This document shows positions 49,805 through 56,666 of a DNA stretch of 64,000 bases, in pieces. The number at the start of each line of letters is the position of its first letter. Positions within the stretch are counted from its first letter, which is position 1. The position numbers were made by a program, and so were the translations under genes. The notes under the pieces are model-generated. The model made no database searches. It was not told the DNA's origin and saw nothing but the letters and a program-made list of their open reading frames with translations. The stretch is from contig NZ_MKTH01000006.1 of NCBI RefSeq assembly GCF_001898175.1, forward strand, positions 15,100 to 79,099, given 5' to 3'. This DNA is from Cellulomonas sp. 73-92 (lineage in GTDB: Bacteria > Actinomycetota > Actinomycetes > Actinomycetales > Cellulomonadaceae).

Positions 49805-50893
49805 CACGAGGTCGACGAGCCGGCCGCCAGCCAGCCAGACGGCGCGTCGGGAACGGCCGAGGGCGCGAGCATCACCGGGCCAGGGGCGCCGACTGCCCAC
49901 CCGCGGTCGGCGCGGGTCACGGCCGGCGGCGCAGGGTCAGGCCGGCGGCGCGAGGTCACGGCCGGCGGCGCAGGGTCACGGCGGGCGGGGGTAGTGGCCA
50001 CGCCGGGGCGGAGCCGGCGCCTGTCCACAGGCGCGGGCATCGCTCCGGGAGTCGAGGCCGGTGCATCCGCCATGATCGCCACCATGGACCCTGCGGCCCT
50101 GGTGAAGCGGGCTCGCCGTGAGGCGGGTCTCAGCCAGGAGTCGCTCGCGGCACGGGCCGGAGTGACGCGCCAGGCGGTCGCGCTGATCGAGTGCCGCGCG
50201 CGGCATCCGTCCCTGCGCATGCTCACCGCCCTTCTGGCGGCAGCCGGGGTGCAGATGCGTGTGGAGCTCGAGCCGCTGGATGCCGACGTTCGCCGGGAGA
50301 TCGAGGCGCGACGCGCGGACCCGGAGGGCGCGAAGGACGTGCTCCAGGTGTGGGGAAGCCTGTTCGCGATCGACGAGGTCGTCTGTCGGGTCGAGGGTGT
50401 CGCGGCTGCGGCCCTGCTCGGCGCTCCTGTCTCGGTCCCCGCGATCGACGTGGCATTCGCCGACACCGACGCGACCTATGCCTGGCTGGCGGACCAGATC
50501 CGCAGCGCGGTGAAGGTACGAGCCGACGGGGCGGACCGGCCGATCGACTTCGGGCTGCCGCGCGATGCGCGTCCCGCGGACCGCGAGCGCGACGGCGACC
50601 TTGTCCGGGCACGTATCGCGGCGGCGTGCCCGGACGGGCGATTCCTGCTCGACGCGTGGTTCGACACGTTGCGGGCGCGCATGACGACACCTGAGGAGGT
50701 GGCACGCCACGTCGTCGTGGCGACGAGCCGAGGCCCGATATCGGTGCAACCGCTCGACGAGATCGTGGCCACGGACGGTGACGTCGCGCGGGTGCTGCGC
50801 GTGATGCGGGAGCCCGGGGCTCCCGCGCGCGGCGCACCGGGGTCAGCGCGCGGGACCTCCTGGGCGGGACCTCCTGAGGGCGGGACCTCCTGA
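49772..50893 (+). CDS. XRE-family HTH protein with low-complexity N-terminal region and uncharacterised C-terminal domain
   Basis: The HTH is LVKRARREAGLSQESLAARAGVTRQAVALIECRARHPSLRMLTALL (from 50072). ATG 49772 has a good SD (GGGGAG, 6 nt). ATG 50072/50084 lack one but would give a compact 270-274 aa protein, so the start is uncertain. Confidence 0.65.
   Translation: MTPPRCGWREEHEVDEPAASQPDGASGTAEGASITGPGAPTAHPRSARVTAGGAGSGRRREVTAGGAGSRRAGVVATPGRSRRLSTGAGIAPGVEAGASAMIATMDPAALVKRARREAGLSQESLAARAGVTRQAVALIECRARHPSLRMLTALLAAAGVQMRVELEPLDADVRREIEARRADPEGAKDVLQVWGSLFAIDEVVCRVEGVAAAALLGAPVSVPAIDVAFADTDATYAWLADQIRSAVKVRADGADRPIDFGLPRDARPADRERDGDLVRARIAAACPDGRFLLDAWFDTLRARMTTPEEVARHVVVATSRGPISVQPLDEIVATDGDVARVLRVMREPGAPARGAPGSARGTSWAGPPEGGTS
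49915..49993. repeat. tandem array of four ~20-bp units GGTCACGGCCGGCGGCGCAG
   Basis: Units 1 (49915-49934) and 3 (49954-49973) are identical. Unit 2 is 19 nt and unit 4 is degenerate. The effective duplication is 39 bp. Confidence 0.85.
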
Positions 50894-50930
50894 GGGCGGG
50901 AACCCCCGAGGGCACGAGGAGCCCTGAGGG
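50851..50930. repeat. tandem array of ~16-bp units CGGGACCTCCTGAGGG spanning the HTH gene stop codon
   Basis: CGGGACCTCCTG occurs at 50851, 50865 and 50881, followed by degenerate units CGGGAACCCCCGAGGG and CACGAGGAGCCCTGAGGG. The stop TGA 50891-50893 lies inside unit 3. Confidence 0.85.
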
Positions 50931-50973
50931 CACGAGGGCACCCGGGCCAGCGCGCCGGACCGCGGGAGCGGCC

Positions 50974-52716
50974 TCAGGCGGCGGGCAGGCCGTCGCCCTG
51001 GGAGGCCGCGAACGCCACGAGCCACGCGAGGGCCGAGTTCCAGTTGACCGCCATCTCGTTGACGCCGAACGCCTGGACGTCGTCGACGTAGCAGCGCTGC
51101 GCGGGGCGGCCGGCGAGGGGTGCGCTGACGGGGTCGGGGACGTCGGAGTTGGGGCCACCCGACAGGGTTCCGGGGGGTGGGTCGGGAAGCGACGGGTCGA
51201 GCGACCGGGCGTACCAGCGGGAGTGCTGGTGGTGGGCGTAGGCGCTGCCGTGACCGGTGACGTAGGACAGTCCCATGGCGTTGCGGCCCAGGAGGTAGTC
51301 GATGCCGGCGAGGGCGCCGTCGCGCAGGCGGGGATCGCCCGAGACGTCGGACGCCGCGGCGACGATACCCGCGCAGTTCGCCACCATGCCGTTGGAGCCC
51401 CACGCGTACCGGCCGTCGGGCGGGGAGTACAGGTGGCCGAACGGTTCGTCGTGAGCCAGGAGGTGCTCGGCCGCGCCAACGAGGCTGACGCGGACCTCGT
51501 CGCGCTCGGGCAGCGGCGAGTCGACCACCGCCAGCTGCATCCGCGCCCATGCCGCCACGTCGCGCCAGTCGAAGCCCTGCGGCACGAACGCCGGCTTGGC
51601 GCCGCCGAGGTGGTACGGGTTGTCGCGCAGGTCGGCGAGGTAGCCCGCCTCCCCCGTCGTCAGGTACAGCTCGGCGGCGGCCCAGTAGAACTCGTCGTCC
51701 ACCTCGGAGTCGTTGTACGGCCCGCCGCCGAAGTTGGCGATGACGTTGGTGTCCGGCGCGAGCAGCACCGGGTTGGCGCGGGCGGCCCGGTAGGCGGTGC
51801 GCGCCACCTCGAGCATCCGCGCGGCGTACTCGGGGTCGGCGACGGCCATGAGGCGCGCCACCTGCGCGGCGACCGCGGCCAGGTTGAGCGTCGCCGCCGT
51901 CGACGGGCGATGCACGAACCGTCGCTGCGGGTCGAGGGCCGGCAGCGTCGGCAGGGGCGTCCAGCGCTCGTCGTGCAGCTTGTGGTGCACCATGCCGGCC
52001 AGCCGCAGGCCCGGCGCCACCTGCATGCGGACCATCCAGTCGAGCTCCCAGCGCGCCTCGTCGAGCGCCAGGGCCGCGGGTGTGCCGGGACCGGCGTCCT
52101 GGCCGGCACGCAGCGCGCGCTCGACGAGTCCCAGGAGCTGGGCGACCGCGATGCCGCCGTTGACGACGTACTTGCCCTGGTCGCCCGCGTCGTACCAGCC
52201 GCCGCTGCCGTCGACCACGTAGTCGCCGGACCAGCCGGCGTACAGGTCGGCGCCGTGGTTGGTGAAGGCCGCACCCCGCGGCAAGGGGCTGACCTGGGTG
52301 TCGCCGAGGTTCGGCTCCATCCCGAGGTGCCCCGCGGCGCGCGCGTACTGCGCGCCCGCGACGTCCGCGCCGATCGCCACGCCGCTGCGCTGGAGCGTGA
52401 ACACCGTGAGCGCGTCGTGCAGCAGGCGGTCGTAGAGGCCGCCGCCGATGGCGAAGGACGGGCTCGTCGCCCCGTCGGCCACCAGGTGCACCCGTGCCGC
52501 CGGCGTGCGCACCGCCGAGAAGTCGACGGTGTGCACCCGCGAGCCGGAGCTCGGGTCGAGGCCGCGCGGGACGGTGTCCCCCTCGGCGAGGACCTCGCCG
52601 GTCGCGGCGCGCAGCTGCCACTGCTGCGGGGAGTCCTCGGCGCAGACGAGCGTGGCACCCTTGGGGCCGCCGGTGAGGTAGCCCACCTGGTTGACATGCA
52701 CCCGCGAGGTGATCAT
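50974..52716 (-). CDS. glycoside hydrolase family 9 enzyme with N-terminal Ig-like domain, no signal peptide
   Basis: The ATG at 52716 gives MITSRVHVNQVGYLTGGPK (CelD_N-like). It has GGWYDAGDQGKYVVNGG, HHQHSRW and LSGGPN...NEMAVNWNSAL as GH9 signatures. Confidence 0.9.
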   Translation of the reverse strand: MITSRVHVNQVGYLTGGPKGATLVCAEDSPQQWQLRAATGEVLAEGDTVPRGLDPSSGSRVHTVDFSAVRTPAARVHLVADGATSPSFAIGGGLYDRLLHDALTVFTLQRSGVAIGADVAGAQYARAAGHLGMEPNLGDTQVSPLPRGAAFTNHGADLYAGWSGDYVVDGSGGWYDAGDQGKYVVNGGIAVAQLLGLVERALRAGQDAGPGTPAALALDEARWELDWMVRMQVAPGLRLAGMVHHKLHDERWTPLPTLPALDPQRRFVHRPSTAATLNLAAVAAQVARLMAVADPEYAARMLEVARTAYRAARANPVLLAPDTNVIANFGGGPYNDSEVDDEFYWAAAELYLTTGEAGYLADLRDNPYHLGGAKPAFVPQGFDWRDVAAWARMQLAVVDSPLPERDEVRVSLVGAAEHLLAHDEPFGHLYSPPDGRYAWGSNGMVANCAGIVAAASDVSGDPRLRDGALAGIDYLLGRNAMGLSYVTGHGSAYAHHQHSRWYARSLDPSLPDPPPGTLSGGPNSDVPDPVSAPLAGRPAQRCYVDDVQAFGVNEMAVNWNSALAWLVAFAASQGDGLPAA

Positions 52717-52778
52717 CGTCGCGAGGCTACCGGCGCCCCGTGCGGGGAGGCCACGAAAACGCCGAGGACAATGGTGGG

Positions 52779-53444
52779 ATGACCGTGCGGCCCCTCGTCC
52801 TGCTCGACCTCGACGGCACGCTGACCGACTCCGCACCCGGGATCGTCGCGTCCGCGCGGGTCGCCTACGCGGCGCTCGGGCTGCCCGTGCCGGACGACGC
52901 GACGCTCCGGACGTTCGTCGGGCCGCCGCTCGTCGGCTCGTTCCGGGCGCACGGCGTTCCCGAGGCCAGGATCGGCCAGGCCATCACGGCGTACCGCGCC
53001 GAGTTCGCCGCGCGGGGCATGTGGGACAACTCGGTGTTCGAGGGGATCCCGGCGGCGCTGGCCGAGCTGCGGGCCGCAGGAGCCACACTGCTCATCGCCA
53101 CCTCGAAGCCGACCGTGTACGCGGTGCCGATCGCGGAGCGGTTCGGGCTCGCCGCGGCGGTCGACGGGGTCTTCGGCGCCCCGGCGGACCTGGTGGCGTC
53201 GGACAAGGCGTCCGTCATCGCCGCGGCGCTCGCCTCGCTGCCCGCGGTCGACAGCCGCCACGCGCTCATGGTGGGCGACCGCGAGCACGACGTCGCGGGG
53301 GCCAGGGCGCACGGCATCGACACGCTCGGCGCCGCGTGGGGCTACGCGCCCGACGGCGAGCTCGAGCGGGCGGGGGTCGTCGGCATCGTCGGGCGGCCCG
53401 ACGAGCTCGCCGCGGCGGTGCTGGCCCGCCTCAGCGCCGCGTGA
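52779..53444 (+). CDS. HAD-IA family phosphatase (phosphoglycolate phosphatase-like)
   Basis: The ATG at 52779 gives VLLDLDGTLTDS (motif I). It also has IATSKP (motif II) and MVGDREHDVAGA (motif IV). Confidence 0.88.
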   Translation: MTVRPLVLLDLDGTLTDSAPGIVASARVAYAALGLPVPDDATLRTFVGPPLVGSFRAHGVPEARIGQAITAYRAEFAARGMWDNSVFEGIPAALAELRAAGATLLIATSKPTVYAVPIAERFGLAAAVDGVFGAPADLVASDKASVIAAALASLPAVDSRHALMVGDREHDVAGARAHGIDTLGAAWGYAPDGELERAGVVGIVGRPDELAAAVLARLSAA

Positions 53445-53940
53445 CGGGCGGCAGCGCGGACCACGGGAAGGTGATCCAGCGGTCGGTGCGCCGCCAGACG
53501 TAGTCCGGGTCGACGACCGACCGGGACTTCGCGTAGAGCACCGCGGTGCGCGCCTGCTCGCAGTGCGCCGCGATGAGCCGCTGCACGAGGGCGAGCGTCT
53601 CGCCCGTGTCGGCCACGTCGTCGACGACGAGCGCGCGCAGCCCGGCCAGGGCGTCCGTGTCGAGCAGCGGCGGCAGCACCTGCGGCTCGGCCAGCCGCTC
53701 GTCGACGCCCGTGTAGAACTCGACGTTGAGCGTGCCCACGGCCTTGGTGCCGAGGGCGTAGGACATCGCACCGCCGACCGGCAGGCCGCCGCGCGCGACG
53801 GCGACGACGACGTCCGGCGCAAACCCGGAGTCGGCCACCGCCTGCGCCAGCTCCCGGATCGCGGTGCCGAACAGGTCCCAGTCGAGGACCTCCCGGTCCG
53901 CCGGGAGCTCCTGACCCGCCGCCGCCTCCGCGATCGCCAT
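53431..53940 (-). CDS. purine-type phosphoribosyltransferase
   Basis: The ATG at 53940 precedes the PRPP loop ALVVDDVADTGETL and RGGLPVGGAM. The 3' end overlaps the convergent HAD gene by 14 nt. Confidence 0.88.
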   Translation of the reverse strand: MAIAEAAAGQELPADREVLDWDLFGTAIRELAQAVADSGFAPDVVVAVARGGLPVGGAMSYALGTKAVGTLNVEFYTGVDERLAEPQVLPPLLDTDALAGLRALVVDDVADTGETLALVQRLIAAHCEQARTAVLYAKSRSVVDPDYVWRRTDRWITFPWSALPPVTRR

Positions 53941-53984
53941 GCCGGAACGGTAAGGCGTCCCGAGGGCCTTCTCGCAACCCCGGC

Positions 53985-54015
53985 TTGACCTTGACGCGAC
54001 GTCAAGATCTACCGT
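53985..54015 (+). promoter_or_regulatory. MerR-type promoter: TTGACC - 19-nt spacer containing palindrome CTTGACG-cga-CGTCAAG - TACCGT
   Basis: The -35 is at 53985-53990, the -10 at 54010-54015, and the palindrome at 53990-54006. The ATG at 54023 is only 7 nt after the -10, so the merR transcript is probably leaderless. Confidence 0.6.
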
Positions 54016-54022
54016 CGTCGAC

Positions 54023-54778
54023 ATGGAGGCATCGATCCAGGAGGTCGCCCGCCTGGCGGGCACGACGAGCCGCACGCTGCGTCACTACGACGACATCGGG
54101 CTGCTGCCACCGAGCCGCGTCGGGGCCAACGGCTACCGCTGGTACGACGACGACGCGCTCGTCCGGCTCCAGCGGATCCTCCTGCTGCGCGAGCTCGGCC
54201 TCGGGCTGGACCCGATCCGGCGGCTGCTCGACGAGCAGGCGGACGAGCCGGCGGCGCTGCGCACCCACCTGGAGTGGCTGCGCTCGGAGCGGAACCGGAT
54301 CGGCCGGCAGATCGCGTCGGTCGAACGGACGATCGCATCACGCGAGAAGGGAGAGGGGATCGTGGCAGAGCAGGTGTTCGACGGGTTCGACCACACGCAG
54401 TATCGCGAGGAGGTCGAGGCCCGCTGGGGCAAGGACGCGTACGCGTCGTCCGACGCCTGGTGGCGCGGGCTCGGCGCGGAGGGGCAGGCGCGGCACAGGG
54501 CGGTGCAGGAGCAGCTCTCGGCGGACTGGCGCGCGGCCGCGGCGTCGGGCGCCGACCCGGCCTCCGACACCGCGCAGGGGCTCGCGGCACGGCACGTGGC
54601 ATGGCTGGGGTCCATCCCCGGCACGCCGGGCGCCGGCGGCACCCCGGAGCGGGCGTACATCGAGGGGCTCGCCGACATGTACGTGGCCGACGAGCGGTTC
54701 GCCGCGCACTACGGCGGGGCGGCGGGCGTCACATTCGTGCGCGACGCGCTGCACGCCTGGACGGCGCGCCACCTCTGA
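54023..54778 (+). CDS. MerR family regulator, TipAL-like (N-terminal HTH + TipAS-type ligand domain)
   Basis: IQEVARLAGTTSRTLRHYDDIGLLPPSRVGANGYRWYDDDALVRLQRILLLRELG is followed by a coiled coil and a C-terminal domain FDHTQYREEVEARWGKDAY...YVADERFAAHY. Confidence 0.9.
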   Translation: MEASIQEVARLAGTTSRTLRHYDDIGLLPPSRVGANGYRWYDDDALVRLQRILLLRELGLGLDPIRRLLDEQADEPAALRTHLEWLRSERNRIGRQIASVERTIASREKGEGIVAEQVFDGFDHTQYREEVEARWGKDAYASSDAWWRGLGAEGQARHRAVQEQLSADWRAAAASGADPASDTAQGLAARHVAWLGSIPGTPGAGGTPERAYIEGLADMYVADERFAAHYGGAAGVTFVRDALHAWTARHL

Positions 54779-54790
54779 GCCGGCAGCGGG

Positions 54791-54825
54791 GCCGCACGAC
54801 GAGCAGGCGCCGCTCGTCGTGCGGC
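54791..54825. terminator. 14-bp perfect hairpin between convergent merR and ABC genes
   Basis: GCCGCACGACGAGC-aggcgcc-GCTCGTCGTGCGGC could act as a bidirectional terminator. Confidence 0.6.
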
Positions 54826-54827
54826 GC

Positions 54828-56666
54828 TCAGCGCAGCGACGCCTGCCAGTCGGCGTGCAGGCCGGCGAAGTGGCCGCCGGCCGCGACCAGCTCGGCGGGC
54901 GACCCGTCCTCGACGATGCGCCCGTCGTCGACGACGAGGACCCGGTCGACGCCCATGACGGTGGACAGCCGGTGGGCGATGACCACGGCCGTGCGGCCCG
55001 CGAGGAGCGTGCGGAGCCCCTCCTGCACCAGCCGCTCCCCCGGTACGTCGAGGGAGCTGGTCGCCTCGTCGAGCACCAGGAGCGCCGGGTCGGCGAGGAA
55101 CGCCCGCGCGAACGACACCAGCTGACGCTGCCCGGCCGACAGGCGAACGCCGCGGGTGTCGACGAGCGTGTCGTAGCCGAGCGGCATCGCCGCGACGACC
55201 TCGTGCACGCCGACGGCCCGCGCGGCGGCCTCGACCTGCTCGCGCGAGGCCGAGGGGTTGCCCAGGGCGATGTTCGCCGCCACCGAGCCGGAGAACAGGT
55301 ACGCCTCCTGCGTCACCATGACGACCGCGCGGCGCAGGTCGACGGGATCGATCTCGCGCAGGTCGACGCCGTCCAGGCGCACCGCGCCGGACCGCACGTC
55401 GTAGAACCGCGCCAGCAGCTTGGCGATCGTCGACTTGCCGGCGCCCGTCTCGCCGACGAGCGCGACCGTCTGACCGGAGGGGATGTGCAGGTCGAGCCGC
55501 GGCAGCACCACCGGCCCGGACCCGTACCCGAACTCGACGCCGTCGAACCGGACGTCGCCGGTGGCGACCGGCAGACGCACCGGGCGCGCCGGGTCGGGGA
55601 CCGTCGGCTCCTCGGCGAGCAGCCCCGCCAGCTTCTCCAGCGCCGCGGTCGCCGACTGGAACGCGTTGTAGAACATGCCGATCTGCGCCAACGGCGCGAA
55701 GAACCGCCGCGCGTACAGCACGGCGGCGGCCAGCACGCCGACCGCGAGTCCGCCGTCGAGCACCCTCAGGCCGCCGACGACGAGCACGGCGGCGACCGTG
55801 ACGTTGCCGATGAGCGTCAGCCCGGTGCTGAACACGCCGTTCACCCGGATGGCCTCGGCGTTCACCGCCCGGTAGTCGTCGGCCAGCCCGTGGTAGACCC
55901 GCGCGACCTGCGGCTCGCGGCGGAACGCCTGCACCGCCCGGATCCCGGCGGCGGTCTCGACGAACCGGACGATGAGCCGGGCCGCGGCGGTCCTCGTCCG
56001 GCGGTACTGGACCTGCGAGCGCAGCTGGAACCACCGGGTGAGCGCGGCGCCGGGCAGCACGGCGACGAGCAGCACCACGCCCGAGTGCCAGTCGAGGAGC
56101 GCGAGCGAGACCGCGGTCAGCAGCATCGACAGCACGCTCTGGGCCAGCGTCGTCACGCCGCCGTCGAGCAGCTCGCGCAGGGCGTCGAGGTCGGAGGTCT
56201 GCCGGGAGATGATCCGGCCGGACGTGTAGCTCTCGTGGAACTCCAGCGACAGCCGCTGCGTGTGCCGGAACACGCGGCGCCGCAGGTCGAGCAGGATCGC
56301 CTGGCTGCCGACGGCGGACAGGCGCACGGTCCACGCCGTCAGGGCACCACCCCCCAGGGCGGCGACGAGGTAGGTCCCGGCCGCCAGCAGCACCGGCGCG
56401 GGGTCACCGGCCCGCAGCCGGGGCAGCGCCGAGTCGATGCCGAACGCGACGAGCGCGGGGCCGGCGACCGCGGCGACCTGCGCGACGACGACGAGCGCAA
56501 GCGTGCCCTGGACCAGGCGCTTCACCGGGCGCAGCAGCGAGCCGAGGAGGGCGAGCGAGCGGCGGCGGATGGCGCGGGCGTGCTCCTTGTCACGGCGCTC
56601 CTCGCGGTCCTCCGGCAGGCGGGCCGCCGTGGCGCGGCCGACGCGGGGCGGGGCGGGCGCGCTCAT
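54828..56666 (-). CDS. ABC exporter half-transporter (TMD-NBD), subunit 2
   Basis: The ATG at 56666 overlaps the upstream stop (ATGA). It has six TM helices, Walker A (GETGAGKST), the signature LSAGQRQ and Walker B (LLVLDEATS). The N-terminal 580 aa of track ORF 54828..58421 is a shadow frame. Confidence 0.92.
   Translation of the reverse strand: MSAPAPPRVGRATAARLPEDREERRDKEHARAIRRRSLALLGSLLRPVKRLVQGTLALVVVAQVAAVAGPALVAFGIDSALPRLRAGDPAPVLLAAGTYLVAALGGGALTAWTVRLSAVGSQAILLDLRRRVFRHTQRLSLEFHESYTSGRIISRQTSDLDALRELLDGGVTTLAQSVLSMLLTAVSLALLDWHSGVVLLVAVLPGAALTRWFQLRSQVQYRRTRTAAARLIVRFVETAAGIRAVQAFRREPQVARVYHGLADDYRAVNAEAIRVNGVFSTGLTLIGNVTVAAVLVVGGLRVLDGGLAVGVLAAAVLYARRFFAPLAQIGMFYNAFQSATAALEKLAGLLAEEPTVPDPARPVRLPVATGDVRFDGVEFGYGSGPVVLPRLDLHIPSGQTVALVGETGAGKSTIAKLLARFYDVRSGAVRLDGVDLREIDPVDLRRAVVMVTQEAYLFSGSVAANIALGNPSASREQVEAAARAVGVHEVVAAMPLGYDTLVDTRGVRLSAGQRQLVSFARAFLADPALLVLDEATSSLDVPGERLVQEGLRTLLAGRTAVVIAHRLSTVMGVDRVLVVDDGRIVEDGSPAELVAAGGHFAGLHADWQASLR

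Noticed and set aside
49601-49993. Type III toxin-antitoxin (ToxI-like tandem RNA repeats preceding a toxin gene)
   Set aside because: The downstream protein has an XRE HTH domain and no ToxN/AbiQ-like endoribonuclease features. The repeats are heterogeneous (85-nt x2, 20-nt x4) rather than a uniform ~36-nt array followed by a terminator.
53431-53444. 14-nt overlap of the convergent HAD and phosphoribosyltransferase 3' ends
   Set aside because: The overlap is real but is a common, unremarkable arrangement in compact GC-rich genomes. There is no evidence of antisense regulation.
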